Source of the DNA: Escherichia phage Phi1
Sequence record: EF437941
Strand: one strand, 5' to 3'
DNA: 64,000 nucleotides
Shown: positions 1-10,117 of the stretch, one piece after another
How the letters are laid out: each line of letters begins with the position of its first letter
How positions within the stretch are numbered: position 1 is the first letter of the stretch
Notes under the pieces: model-generated
The model's database searches: none
Told to the model about the DNA's origin: nothing
Seen by the model: only the letters and a program-made list of their open reading frames with translations
Position numbers and translations under genes: made by a program

Positions 1-21
1 ATCTAAATCGCTCTGTCAAGC

Positions 22-53
22 ACAAAAACAAAAAAGCCACCCCGAAGGATGGC
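22..53 (-). terminator. Rho-independent terminator downstream of hoc
   Basis: Minus-strand GCCATCC-UUCG-GGGUGGC stem-loop followed by a U-tract (plus-strand A-run at 21-35). Confidence 0.5.
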
Positions 54-65
54 TGATAGATTTCA

Positions 66-1280
66 TTAAGCAGGATGCGTTTCACGAATGCGTAGAACTC
101 GCTCTAACGTCTCTCGGTCCAGTTTATGTAACTCTTTGGAATGATACATGAAACCATTGCGAGATTCCATGCAAGTGCAATCACTATATTTTTCTTCCGC
201 TGCCGCGATTGTCTCCAGATCTTTGGCGTACTTGCTGGTTGAATAAACTTCTCGATCACGCCACTCTAACCCAGCCTCATTGAATTTAACAATCTCGTCA
301 AATACCCACCATCCAATGTAGATAAATGAAGTTTTGCGCCACGGGATCGGGTGTACGTAACGAAACATTTTAACAACTTCCATTGAACATTTTCGGCTTG
401 TACTTGCTGCAACTTCTACTGTTTCATCTTCGATCTGTTGATATAGTTTAGCAACACACCAGAATTTGGCTGTGTCATCGTAAGTAACACTCTCTTTGAA
501 CAGATGACCGTCTGGCATGATAGAAAATCCTTCCAGTGCTTCGCCGACCTCACTACCGATTAGAGTCGGTGACGGTTGCCCTTCGCGCTGCAAATACCAG
601 TTATATTTGATCGTCAAATTAGGCATACCGCTAGAATCGCCTACAATGTCCTCTGACACAACATAATTAAGTGATATCTCATTACCTAGTGCCACGGTCT
701 TTGATTCCACCACATCCTGATCTACGTTCATTGTTGCCAGCATGATTTTAGTCGATGCGCTAGCGGCTGAATCTTCCGACTCACCCCACACTTTTACAGT
801 ATACAAGCCGTTTTTATCTGCTGTAAATTCTCGGATTGTAATATCCTGTTTTGTGTCTATAACGTCTTCGCCCTTACTCCAACTATAATGTAGTTCATAG
901 TCGTCTGCTGGAGTCTTCCCACCAGAAAATTTTACTGTTGCATGTAATTCTACGTCTTTTTGTGATGATACGTAAAAATGCTGCGGTTCGGTGATATTTA
1001 CGATTAATTCAGCTTCTTCCATGAGGAAAACTTCAGATTCTACTGATTCCGTCGTATCGGTATCTTGTACCGTTACTTTATAGCTACCCGCATTTTCACT
1101 TGTTGCGTCTGCTACAGTTAGCGTAGCTGTGTTATTTTCATGCGGTTGGTCGTCTTTTGTCCATGTATATGTCAAATTGCTGGGTAATGGTTCGTCACCC
1201 GCTACAGTCGCCGTTAAGGTGAAACCATCTCCAGCAAGAAAACATCTTTTGTTAGATTGTATTGATACTGTGAAAGCCAT
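66..1280 (-). CDS. hoc: Hoc-like outer capsid decoration protein with Ig-like domains
   Basis: Tandem Ig-like beta-rich repeats plus a distinct C-terminal domain; sits next to inh/uvsW as in T4. Confidence 0.7.
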   Translation of the reverse strand: MAFTVSIQSNKRCFLAGDGFTLTATVAGDEPLPSNLTYTWTKDDQPHENNTATLTVADATSENAGSYKVTVQDTDTTESVESEVFLMEEAELIVNITEPQHFYVSSQKDVELHATVKFSGGKTPADDYELHYSWSKGEDVIDTKQDITIREFTADKNGLYTVKVWGESEDSAASASTKIMLATMNVDQDVVESKTVALGNEISLNYVVSEDIVGDSSGMPNLTIKYNWYLQREGQPSPTLIGSEVGEALEGFSIMPDGHLFKESVTYDDTAKFWCVAKLYQQIEDETVEVAASTSRKCSMEVVKMFRYVHPIPWRKTSFIYIGWWVFDEIVKFNEAGLEWRDREVYSTSKYAKDLETIAAAEEKYSDCTCMESRNGFMYHSKELHKLDRETLERVLRIRETHPA

Positions 1281-1375
1281 ATAAAGCCACTCCCATCGAA
1301 AATCCGAATTTAATTAATTGAAATAGTTGATTGTCATCAACCAGATAACCATTGCGAGATTCCAATACATGAGTA

Positions 1376-1540
1376 TTAGAATAGTGATGCAACGAGGCCG
1401 AAATAGTATCGATCTCGTCTGGGTATTTGTTCTGCTATAAAGTCTGCTGTACTAACAACAATCTTTAACAGAAGTGGATGACCAACGGAGCCATAAACCG
1501 GATCTTCTGTTTGATGTAATACATTGATTTTGTTAGACAT
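1376..1540 (-). CDS. Small hypothetical protein
   Basis: Track ORF; likely start at the internal Met (MSNKINV...) preceded by an AAGAGGA RBS. Confidence 0.4.
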   Translation of the reverse strand: MSNKINVLHQTEDPVYGSVGHPLLLKIVVSTADFIAEQIPRRDRYYFGLVASLF

Positions 1541-1620
1541 GTAGTATCCTCTTTTTAATTGCATAACGGAACTACAATTAAAATTATAACAAATATTTCA
1601 CAACTTTTATCACCCAAAAA

Positions 1621-2346
1621 TTACTTGAGTGTGTGGAATTGGCTATGTTTAGTCTCTCGCACCTTGACAGACCCATCGCGTTTGATATAATAGATCAGTG
1701 ACTTGAGGGTGTCGTGTACATACGCGTGCGGGAAACGCTCTGGATACTTCTTCCAATCTGGAGTATTAACGATCCAGTCGAAAATCCACCACGGGCAGGA
1801 GTAGTAACCACGACCGCCACCGATCAAACAAATGGTCGGACGGAAACCAGTAAGATCGCAAAATGAATCAGTGTCATGTGCTGGGGAACGATGTTCTGCT
1901 TCGTCAGAGAAAATGTTTGCTACCGGAGATTTCACTTTAACTTCCGGTGCTTCTTCAACATCTGACTTAACTTCTTCGACCACTTGTTCAACTGCTGGAG
2001 ATTCTTCTTTTGTTTCTTCAATGACGATCTCAGGTTCTTTCATTGCTTCACCCAGAGACGGATCAACTTCGTCAAATACTACTTTATCATCTGCGGTATC
2101 TGCTGCCAGAATAAGATCGTTAATACTGGTTCCTTCTGCCGGAGTTTCTTCTTCCATTTCGGAAGCCAGTTTAGTTAATTCGGTTTCTACGAACTCGATC
2201 ATGTTCTCTAGCGAGAGCGTCTTTTTGACCTTTATATCAAATTGTTTTGCGTAGTCCGCTAATTCTGTTTTAGCTGTTTTCTGTGCTTCTTTGTCGTCGG
2301 ACGCCGCAATAGCGCGGAGTTCTTCGAAATATTCTTTATCAAACAT
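1621..2346 (-). CDS. Acidic protein at the T4 inh position
   Basis: 241 aa with a Glu/Asp-rich centre and Cys/Trp-rich C-terminus; assigned by position between hoc and uvsW only. Confidence 0.4.
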   Translation of the reverse strand: MFDKEYFEELRAIAASDDKEAQKTAKTELADYAKQFDIKVKKTLSLENMIEFVETELTKLASEMEEETPAEGTSINDLILAADTADDKVVFDEVDPSLGEAMKEPEIVIEETKEESPAVEQVVEEVKSDVEEAPEVKVKSPVANIFSDEAEHRSPAHDTDSFCDLTGFRPTICLIGGGRGYYSCPWWIFDWIVNTPDWKKYPERFPHAYVHDTLKSLIYYIKRDGSVKVRETKHSQFHTLK

Positions 2347-2373
2347 GTTATTCTCCTGATTGGGGGGTGTTTG

Positions 2374-2381
2374 TATAAATA
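2374..2381 (+). promoter_or_regulatory. T4-type late promoter box TATAAATA upstream of uvsW
   Basis: Exact TATAAATA about 37 nt upstream of the uvsW ATG. Confidence 0.5.
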
Positions 2382-2417
2382 TTTGTATACTGTATTTATT
2401 GAGTGAGGCTATTCGCT

Positions 2418-3920
2418 ATGCAAGATATTAAAATTCACTTTCTGAACTACTCTCATGTTCAAATTGAATGTAGCGATTCAATTTTATTAGAAATGCGAGA
2501 TTATTTTAGTTTTGAAGTCGAGGGAGCGCGGTTTCAAAAAAGATTTAAGTATGGTGGATGGGATGGGCGTATTCGTCTTTTAGATTACAACGGAAAGCTG
2601 CCAATCGGCCTAACTAAAACCGTGGGAATCTTCGCTAAAAATATGGGCTATAGCGTATGGGTAGATCCTCGCTTATTCGAAAAAGAACAAGTTACAGAAG
2701 AAGAAATTACAAAATGGTGTAATGACTTAGAATTATATTCCGGTGCTAACAGGATCACCCCTCATTGGTATCAATCAAAGGCCGTCTTTGAAGGTATTCA
2801 TCATAAACGCCGTATGTTAGTTTTGCCTACGTCCGCTGGTAAATCTGCGATTGCTTGTATGTTGTCTCGTTGGTACTTAGAGAATTACGAAGGGAAAGTG
2901 TTGATCATCGTTCCTACCACGTCGCTAGTGCTGCAAATGCGTGATGACTTTGTTGATTATCGCCAGTTTCCTTATGAAGCAATTCATACTATCATGAGCG
3001 GTACTAGTAAACACGTAGGTGATCGCCTGATCGTTGTTAGTACGTGGCAATCTGCATGTAAACAACCTCGTGAGTGGTTCCAACAATTCGGGATGGTTAT
3101 TGTTGACGAATGTCACAAAGCCACTGCTAAAAACCTGCTAAACATCGTTACTGATATGGATCATTGCCAATTTAAGATCGGCATGACTGGTTCCCCTCGT
3201 GACGGGAAAGCTAACATGATGCAGTATGTCGGGCTTTTCGGTGATATTTCTAAGATCGTGAGTATTGACCGCCTGATGGAAGAAGGGCAGGTGACAAAAC
3301 TGAAAATTAACTGTCTTTTCCTTCGTTATACCGATGAGGAATGTAGCGCGGTTAAGGGGCGAGAATATGCGGAAGAGATCAAGTATATTACGTCTAACCC
3401 ACGACGAAATAAGTTTGCTTGTAATTTGGCGCTAAAACTCGCTAAGAAGGGAGAAAACGTATTCCTGATGTTCCGCAATACTAAGCACGGAAAACTTATG
3501 TATGATGCGTTACAGAAGGTACACGACAAGGTTTATTATATTGACGGTGGAGTTAAGACAGAAGAACGTGATGAATTTAAGAAAATGGCGGAGGGTGACA
3601 CCGGGATCATTTGTGTTGCGTCTTATGGTGTGTTCTCTACTGGTGTTTCAATTAAGAATTTGCACCATGTTATTTTCGGTCATCCAGTGAAGGAATCAAC
3701 TATCGTTCGTCAGAGTATCGGTCGTGCATTGCGTAAACATGGTTCGAAAGACATTGCAACGGTCTGGGATCTTATAGATCATCTGGCGGTGAAGACAAAG
3801 AGCAAGAATGCTAAGAAACAGTTTAGTCACCTTAATTATGCTCTTAAACATGCCCTTGAAAGAATAAAAATTTACAACACCGACCGATTCGAATATGTCA
3901 CGAAAACCATCGAGATATAA
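2418..3920 (+). CDS. uvsW: UvsW SF2 DNA helicase
   Basis: Strong similarity to T4 UvsW from MQDIKIHF onward, with Walker A (PTSAGKS) and DECH motifs; the track ORF begins at an upstream GTG. Confidence 0.9.
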   Translation: MQDIKIHFLNYSHVQIECSDSILLEMRDYFSFEVEGARFQKRFKYGGWDGRIRLLDYNGKLPIGLTKTVGIFAKNMGYSVWVDPRLFEKEQVTEEEITKWCNDLELYSGANRITPHWYQSKAVFEGIHHKRRMLVLPTSAGKSAIACMLSRWYLENYEGKVLIIVPTTSLVLQMRDDFVDYRQFPYEAIHTIMSGTSKHVGDRLIVVSTWQSACKQPREWFQQFGMVIVDECHKATAKNLLNIVTDMDHCQFKIGMTGSPRDGKANMMQYVGLFGDISKIVSIDRLMEEGQVTKLKINCLFLRYTDEECSAVKGREYAEEIKYITSNPRRNKFACNLALKLAKKGENVFLMFRNTKHGKLMYDALQKVHDKVYYIDGGVKTEERDEFKKMAEGDTGIICVASYGVFSTGVSIKNLHHVIFGHPVKESTIVRQSIGRALRKHGSKDIATVWDLIDHLAVKTKSKNAKKQFSHLNYALKHALERIKIYNTDRFEYVTKTIEI

Positions 3921-3925
3921 TAAAT

Positions 3926-3950
3926 AGGGGCTTTAATGCCCCTCTATTCT
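3926..3950 (+). terminator. Possible weak terminator after uvsW
   Basis: AGGGGCTTTAATGCCCCT hairpin followed by a pyrimidine-rich tract. Confidence 0.3.
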
Positions 3951-3963
3951 ACGGAGATTACAA

Positions 3964-4200
3964 ATGATTAGCTTTAAACGTTTTTTGGTTGAGGCCGCTA
4001 TTGACGGTTTCATGCGTAAGATTTATTCTTGTAATACTATCGAGGGATTAAATGAACTTGAGGCATATTATGAGAAGCGCAAGAAAGAAACAGAATTGAA
4101 ACCTGCTGATGATATTTCGATCCGTGATGCCATCGCTGGACGCCGTAAGCAATTGGAAGCGGACAACGAGCCAGAAGAGGAGCCGGAAGAGGATTTTTAA
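3964..4200 (+). CDS. uvsW.1: UvsW.1-like small protein
   Basis: 78 aa ORF immediately downstream of uvsW, as in T4; acidic C-terminus. Confidence 0.6.
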   Translation: MISFKRFLVEAAIDGFMRKIYSCNTIEGLNELEAYYEKRKKETELKPADDISIRDAIAGRRKQLEADNEPEEEPEEDF

Positions 4201-4204
4201 GATA

Positions 4205-4230
4205 TAAAAAAGCCCCATCAATGATGGGGC
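4205..4230 (-). terminator. Rho-independent terminator (minus strand)
   Basis: GCCCCATCAATGATGGGGC hairpin followed on the minus strand by a U-run. Confidence 0.5.
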
Positions 4231-4263
4231 AAAATAAACCAATTAAAATCGGTTATCAACAAA

Positions 4264-4440
4264 TTACATTAACAGCATTGTTTGCTCTACGAGTTGTTCT
4301 TGTTCTTCGCCGTTCGCATCTTCACTAATCGAACGTTCTGTTACTAGCTGTAAGCAGTAGCCAGTGTGAACAACGCCGTTTTCTGTCTGGACTGATAACG
4401 CATCCTCGACAGGTTGTTTACAACAAATACAGATTTTCAT
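4264..4440 (-). CDS. Small CxxC protein at the T4 uvsY.-2 position
   Basis: 58 aa ORF MKICICCKQP... below the track cutoff, read by hand; lies between uvsW.1 and uvsY. Confidence 0.45.
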   Translation of the reverse strand: MKICICCKQPVEDALSVQTENGVVHTGYCLQLVTERSISEDANGEEQEQLVEQTMLLM

Positions 4441-4461
4441 AAAAATTCCTCCTGCATGTAT

Positions 4462-4869
4462 TTAGCGACCAGATTCCAACATACGCAATTCTATAGCATT
4501 CTTGATCGCAAAGCCACGAGATTTAACGATATCAAGTGCGCGACCAGCAAAATCCATTACCATCTGGTAATATGCAATTTTTGTATCAAGCGGTAAGATC
4601 TCGTCGTCTGCTGCCATGACAACTTTCAATTCTGATTTCTCATATTCAGCACGACACCAGTCATCACTACGGTTAGTGTAAAAGTCAAGACGATTTTTCA
4701 TAGCCTTTTTCTTTTTAGCCTCAAGTGCAATCGTCTCTCTTTTCGCCTCGCTGTAAATCCTTAACCACTTTGAGTATACTACCGGATTATTCAGCGCCTC
4801 CCATTGCAACTTAGTCGCATCGATCTTCATGTCAGCTTCTAATTGTTCTTTCAAATCGTTTAGGTCCAT
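4462..4869 (-). CDS. uvsY: UvsY recombination mediator
   Basis: 135 aa with clear similarity to T4 UvsY (KSRGFAIK motif region). Confidence 0.9.
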   Translation of the reverse strand: MDLNDLKEQLEADMKIDATKLQWEALNNPVVYSKWLRIYSEAKRETIALEAKKKKAMKNRLDFYTNRSDDWCRAEYEKSELKVVMAADDEILPLDTKIAYYQMVMDFAGRALDIVKSRGFAIKNAIELRMLESGR

Positions 4870-4916
4870 AATATCCCCTTATTCACACTAAGACCTATAT
4901 CATATCACACACAAAA

Positions 4917-5315
4917 TCACTTTGCAAGTCTTATGCGTAGTTGTTCAAGATCATCTGGGTTATCTATTACTGAAAAGTAGATTGATACTATGATTGAGTT
5001 ATCGTCGTACTGCGGAGTTACTTCTACTGTCAGGTTTCGGACCCGTGGTTCATAGTTTCGGATCGCCTCATTGATGTTTTTTGATAAGGTATCCACTGTC
5101 AGTGGGTTCATGTTCTCAAACAGTGATTTATTGAGATCGCATCCAAACAGTGGATCAAATGGACGAGACCCCTTGCGAGTAGTCACGATCAGTAGAATAG
5201 AATCTTTAACCGCTTTAATACCTATGTTCTTTTTAACGTCGTTATTCCACGATCTGGATATATTGAGATCCAAATCAGTATACATCTGATTAATAGTTGC
5301 CATGTTATACCTCAA
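4917..5315 (-). CDS. 25: Baseplate wedge protein gp25
   Basis: 132 aa matching T4 gp25 (RKGSRPFDP.FGCDL, SVIDNPDD). Confidence 0.9.
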   Translation of the reverse strand: MRYNMATINQMYTDLDLNISRSWNNDVKKNIGIKAVKDSILLIVTTRKGSRPFDPLFGCDLNKSLFENMNPLTVDTLSKNINEAIRNYEPRVRNLTVEVTPQYDDNSIIVSIYFSVIDNPDDLEQLRIRLAK

Positions 5316-5941
5316 AGAATTTTAAGGAAACTGGATAGACCTGATAATGAATATACACCAGATTCCCCGCATTCGCACTTGATCGGTACTGCCAGCGTGA
5401 TTTGATTTCTTGTTAGCTCGTCGATCACTTCTTCCACTTTATCCGTGGTAAGCATATCCAGCACGCGGTCAAAGTCCTGTGCGTTCAGGTCGTCTATATT
5501 GAATTGTTGATCGCCGATCACGATATATTCGATACATGCAATTACCATCTGCATAATATCAACATCTTCTGTAAACTTAGGTTGACGAAACTTGATTTTT
5601 ACTTGTCCTAAGTCCAGAATATACGGTTCAACTTCTGGTATCTGTGTGCGTGAAACATCAAGAGAATATACTTTCTCTTTATTGCATACACCACACACCC
5701 AAGTAGCATCAATTTTCATCTTATTGAGGCTGTGACACCATAAGAGAAGAAAAAGATATTCTGCTTCGCATTTCTCTAGCTCTAATGCATTGATCCCCGT
5801 ACATTCATGTATGATCTCTATAACAACCTCTGACAGCTTGCCAGTCTCTTTTGCTGCTACCAGTTTTTGAAATTCGCCGAAGGTGAAAGCACGGGCGTGT
5901 ATCAACTTTTCGCCTAATTGGATCTTGAAAAAGTATTGCAT
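5312..5941 (-). CDS. 26: Baseplate hub protein gp26
   Basis: 209 aa at the gp26 position, overlapping the gp25 start. Confidence 0.7.
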   Translation of the reverse strand: MQYFFKIQLGEKLIHARAFTFGEFQKLVAAKETGKLSEVVIEIIHECTGINALELEKCEAEYLFLLLWCHSLNKMKIDATWVCGVCNKEKVYSLDVSRTQIPEVEPYILDLGQVKIKFRQPKFTEDVDIMQMVIACIEYIVIGDQQFNIDDLNAQDFDRVLDMLTTDKVEEVIDELTRNQITLAVPIKCECGESGVYSLSGLSSFLKIL

Positions 5942-5982
5942 AATAAAACACCCTTTATAAACACATAGAATTATTTAGTATT

Positions 5983-5990
5983 TTATAAAT
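5983..5990 (+). promoter_or_regulatory. T4-type late promoter box TATAAATA upstream of gene 51
   Basis: Exact TATAAATA about 22 nt upstream of the gp51 ATG in the 25/26-51 divergent region. Confidence 0.55.
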
Positions 5991-6011
5991 ACCCGAAAGG
6001 GGGATTATACC

Positions 6012-6782
6012 ATGAATATTATCCGAATAAAACTACCGGAAGGTGTGCAGAGATTTAAACCATTCACGGTAAAAGATTATAGAGATTTCCTTCTGGTGTC
6101 AACCGAAATTAAGATGAATCCAGAAGAAGAACAAACGATTCTTGATGAGCTATTAGAAGAAATATATCCAGACGTAGATCCGGCATTTCGTGAATATATT
6201 TTCCTGAATGTCTTTACTAGTTCAATTGGTAAAACTAAAATACCTCTTTGTTTTACTTGCCCGACTTGCAACAAAGAAAGAAAAATGTTGCTTAACTTAC
6301 AGGTTGAAGCACTAAAACCAATCGTTCTAGAGGCCGCAGGGCTTAAAATAACTTTCCGGTATGTTAAACCATCAACCGACTATGCAAAAACGTTTCTGGA
6401 TGCGATAGAGCGTGTATCTGATGGTATTAATGATTATCTATGGACTGAATTGCCGGAAGAAGTTAGAGAACAGGTTATCGATTCAATCTCATTTGCTGAA
6501 TTTGAAGAAGTTGTTAAGCAGATGCACACAATCAAGATCGAACAAAAGATATCTTGTTGTGAAAGTCATGACCTGAAATACATAGGTCTTCTTCCATTAT
6601 TCAAATTGTTGTTGAATCCAGATGAGTTATTCATCTTTTATCGAATAAACCATCTATTGGCAAAATCAAATTATTCTATCAGTGATCTTATGGATATGTT
6701 ACCGGTCGAGAGAAACATTGCACTGACACTGGTCGAGAAAGACGTAAAAGAGGCAAATAATGCAAAGAACGGGGTTTCCTAA
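6012..6782 (+). CDS. 51: Baseplate hub assembly protein gp51
   Basis: 256 aa at the gp51 position upstream of gp27. Confidence 0.7.
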   Translation: MNIIRIKLPEGVQRFKPFTVKDYRDFLLVSTEIKMNPEEEQTILDELLEEIYPDVDPAFREYIFLNVFTSSIGKTKIPLCFTCPTCNKERKMLLNLQVEALKPIVLEAAGLKITFRYVKPSTDYAKTFLDAIERVSDGINDYLWTELPEEVREQVIDSISFAEFEEVVKQMHTIKIEQKISCCESHDLKYIGLLPLFKLLLNPDELFIFYRINHLLAKSNYSISDLMDMLPVERNIALTLVEKDVKEANNAKNGVS

Positions 6783-7869
6783 TGTCTCAATAAAACTTTA
6801 TCAGGATTATGAGGCATTTCTAAATCATCGCTTTATAGAATTGGGTGCTACCTTTGTTACAATGACTCTGCGTGATTCGATTCGTGGGGTGAACGAAGGA
6901 TTGTTGCAATTCTATGATAATAAGGCGATGCATACAAAATTAAACGGGAGAGAGATCATTCAGATTTCGCTATCCACTGCTAATACAGATGAAGTGTTTA
7001 ACCGAATCTATGGTATCTCTCATAGTAATGTAACAATTGACCAAAAATCCGACAACATTTTAACATTCCAGTTAAAGAGCTATCACGAAACACTAAACCT
7101 TAAATTTTCTCGCTCATTGACAAATAACGCTGTTAATAACGTAACTAGCATGATTGATGCCATCTATAAGGAAGTTCCTTTATGGAAACCTACTATAAAG
7201 GGTGATAACGTTGTTATTCCTCGTTGTCCGTGGGTTAGTACCATAAATGACTATATGGATTTTGTGAGGGCATACGGGCAAAGCGTAGAAACAGAGTCTT
7301 TCGTGTATTGCTGGGAAGATTTTGATGGTATAACGATCGCTGGACACGATACAATATTAAAAAATGAGCCAATACCAGCTATAATCTGTGAGCCTAGACT
7401 CATGGGGCAATTTATTGATATGTCGCCTAATCTGATGGTTTTTAATTTCGAGTGGCAGACTAAGAGCAATGCTAAAGTTAAAAATTCATTTAGCAATGTG
7501 ACATACACAACTATTGATTTTGTTACTAAGCAGTATAATAAAATTATTGTTGGTAATGGTGATAATATTGCACACTTTGCTCATGGTGGCGCTTATGGCG
7601 ATTTAACTTATAAGAATGCGTTTTTGGAAGGATCTAAACTTGCCACAATAGAACAATATGATTCATATGCTACCGCCGTGTGTCACGGTAATTTTTCGTT
7701 GCGCCCCGGTATGGTTATTCGATTCTTTGATGAGAAGCAACAAGCACGCAATGATTTTATTGTTGACGAAGTGGTGCATGAAATTAGCCGAGAGCAATCA
7801 TTAACTCACCTGTATATGATCGGTAACAGCGAAGAATTACAGGAAGTCAAATTTGAAGGTAAGATATAA
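6760..7869 (+). CDS. 27: Baseplate hub protein gp27
   Basis: N-terminus and length match T4 gp27. Confidence 0.85.
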   Translation: MQRTGFPNVSIKLYQDYEAFLNHRFIELGATFVTMTLRDSIRGVNEGLLQFYDNKAMHTKLNGREIIQISLSTANTDEVFNRIYGISHSNVTIDQKSDNILTFQLKSYHETLNLKFSRSLTNNAVNNVTSMIDAIYKEVPLWKPTIKGDNVVIPRCPWVSTINDYMDFVRAYGQSVETESFVYCWEDFDGITIAGHDTILKNEPIPAIICEPRLMGQFIDMSPNLMVFNFEWQTKSNAKVKNSFSNVTYTTIDFVTKQYNKIIVGNGDNIAHFAHGGAYGDLTYKNAFLEGSKLATIEQYDSYATAVCHGNFSLRPGMVIRFFDEKQQARNDFIVDEVVHEISREQSLTHLYMIGNSEELQEVKFEGKI

Positions 7870-8387
7870 TGACAGAAACTAAACCTATGTTAAAATTTGT
7901 TGTTCCTGTAAAAAAATTAGAGATAAACGGGAAACATATCAAGATCCCAAAAATGGGGATTAAGCAACATCGATTATTAAAAGATGTTCGTAGCTGTGAT
8001 GAAACATTAAAGATTCTTCTTGATTCAATCTGTCCTGGGTTAAACGCTGCCGAGTCTGAATTGGTTATGCTTAACCTTTGTGCGTTTAATGGTAAGTGTC
8101 TGGAAGAAAAAGATGGTCTTAAGCTGTCTGATGTGTATATTTGTACAGAGACTGAATTTACTTTAAATGGTAAAGTCTTTAAATTTAAAAATCCAATGTA
8201 CACTTCTGACCCCATTATCGATGACGCTGATTTCTTGAGTCATCATTATCACGATCCTAGTGTAGACTTCCATGATTTCCCAGCTTTTATTATGGATTGG
8301 GCTACAGGATTAAGAAAAACTATTGCGCTGGATACACCGGAAGGTACTATCTATGGTGGAATTAACATATTGGATCGCCTATCATGA
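7869..8387 (+). CDS. 28: Baseplate hub distal subunit gp28
   Basis: 172 aa, position and size as T4 gp28. Confidence 0.75.
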   Translation: MTETKPMLKFVVPVKKLEINGKHIKIPKMGIKQHRLLKDVRSCDETLKILLDSICPGLNAAESELVMLNLCAFNGKCLEEKDGLKLSDVYICTETEFTLNGKVFKFKNPMYTSDPIIDDADFLSHHYHDPSVDFHDFPAFIMDWATGLRKTIALDTPEGTIYGGINILDRLS

Positions 8388-10117
8388 ATGACGCATTAAC
8401 ATCATTTCGCGGGATGCGCAAGGAAGCGGAAGAAAACCCGATTGATAAACTTAACAAATTAGATAAACTTGATTCTATTGATAATTTGCAAGCCGCTACC
8501 GAATTGGTGGCGGAGACAGTAGAACAAAAATCTAATGAAGTTGTTGGTGCGGTCGAGGATAACACCGCAGCCAATGAATTGACGGCAGAAAATACACAAT
8601 CTACCGCTGGCAATACCAAAAAAACTTATGAAGAATTGCAAAAACTCAATAATTTCTCTTCTCAGATGAATGAGAAATTACGTGGTTTTGGTGTTATGAT
8701 GGAACGTAGATTTGGTGTTGTCAGTAAAATGGCTAGCGGTATTGGTGCGATTGAAGAAGCACTGAAAAAACCGGAACAACCGCAAACAATGCCATCACCT
8801 CAGCCAGTTTTGCCTACTGTACCGGAACAGCCTAATAATGACAACTATCAAGGTCTTCCAAAGAAAAAACCGGATGTTGATGACCGAAAGAAAAAGAACG
8901 CCGCAGATAAGCGTAATGCCGATTCTATGGAAAATCTTCTTAAAGTTGTTCGTGGAGGATTTAAAGAAACCATAGGTATCTCTAATAAGGTCTTAGGGAT
9001 GTTATTTAAGATCACCTTGACCGCTATGGCAGAAGCCGCAAAATGGGGTGCTATTTTGATGGGTATTGTTTTTGTCATTGATACCCTGATGGTTCATTTC
9101 AGATATTGGAGTGATTTATTCGAAACAAAATTCAATGAATTTATGGATAAGGCCGGAGGATGGGCTGGTCCTATTAGCGATATTTTAACTACTGTTCGTC
9201 AGGTTCGAGATTATTGGTCTAAAGGAGAATATAAAGAATTAATTAAATCGCTGGTTATGGGTATTGGTGATGCATTCTATAAAACCTTTATCCAACTTGA
9301 TCGAATTATCACTACTGGTATTGCTAAAATTCTTCGTATGATCCCTGGTATGGGTGATTATGCCGATAAGTTAGAATACGGTGCTTTAAAGTCTGCTGTC
9401 GCTCAAGGCTATACGCCAAATGAAAGAGAACTCGAATTAATGGATAAGGTCGAGTCTGAACATGAAGAAGACAAATATGGAGAGCGTACTGGTTGGACCG
9501 GAAAAGCCCGTGACATTGGCGAAGCTATTGGGGATTCTATTAAGGATAAAGTTAACGAAGGTCTTGTTAGTCTGGGCTGGAGAGATCAAAAGGATGTTGA
9601 CGCAGAGAAACGACAAGAAGAATTAAAACGCGGGGAATATAAGTCTGTTTCTGCTGAACAACGATCTGCTAGTCGTAAACTTAGAATTAAAAGCGAGGGC
9701 GCGATCAATAATATTAATGAAGTTATGGAGAATTTGAGCGGTGACTATGACAAAGAAAGAATGGGAGAGTTGAAAAAGGATATTGATGTTTACCGTGAGC
9801 AAGTTCAAGATCCTACATTAGTTGAAAGTGATCGTTCTCAGTTAGAGCGTCTTATTGAAAAATTTGATGAGATGTATGCTGATAAAACTAATGGTGTGGT
9901 TCCAACTAATCCTGTTCCTGCAACTGAAACGGAAACAGCAAAACAAGCGGAACGTACTGAACAAATGCAGAAACAAGCTGCAATCCAGCAACAAACGACA
10001 AATCAGACCTCAAACGTAAATAATACACAAATTGTAACAAACAATAGAACTGTTAAACAGGGTGCACCAACAACTAGAATTGATGCCCCCGGTACAATTA
10101 ATATGGGGAACTTTTAA
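8384..10117 (+). CDS. 29: Baseplate hub / tail length determinator gp29
   Basis: 577 aa (T4 gp29 is 590 aa), coiled-coil rich, in synteny. Confidence 0.8.
   Translation: MNDALTSFRGMRKEAEENPIDKLNKLDKLDSIDNLQAATELVAETVEQKSNEVVGAVEDNTAANELTAENTQSTAGNTKKTYEELQKLNNFSSQMNEKLRGFGVMMERRFGVVSKMASGIGAIEEALKKPEQPQTMPSPQPVLPTVPEQPNNDNYQGLPKKKPDVDDRKKKNAADKRNADSMENLLKVVRGGFKETIGISNKVLGMLFKITLTAMAEAAKWGAILMGIVFVIDTLMVHFRYWSDLFETKFNEFMDKAGGWAGPISDILTTVRQVRDYWSKGEYKELIKSLVMGIGDAFYKTFIQLDRIITTGIAKILRMIPGMGDYADKLEYGALKSAVAQGYTPNERELELMDKVESEHEEDKYGERTGWTGKARDIGEAIGDSIKDKVNEGLVSLGWRDQKDVDAEKRQEELKRGEYKSVSAEQRSASRKLRIKSEGAINNINEVMENLSGDYDKERMGELKKDIDVYREQVQDPTLVESDRSQLERLIEKFDEMYADKTNGVVPTNPVPATETETAKQAERTEQMQKQAAIQQQTTNQTSNVNNTQIVTNNRTVKQGAPTTRIDAPGTINMGNF

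Noticed and set aside
1832-2254. Plus-strand ORFs of 140 and 64 aa overlapping the acidic inh-like gene
   Set aside because: Low-complexity Ser/Thr-rich antisense translations of a Glu/Asp-rich gene, with no RBS.
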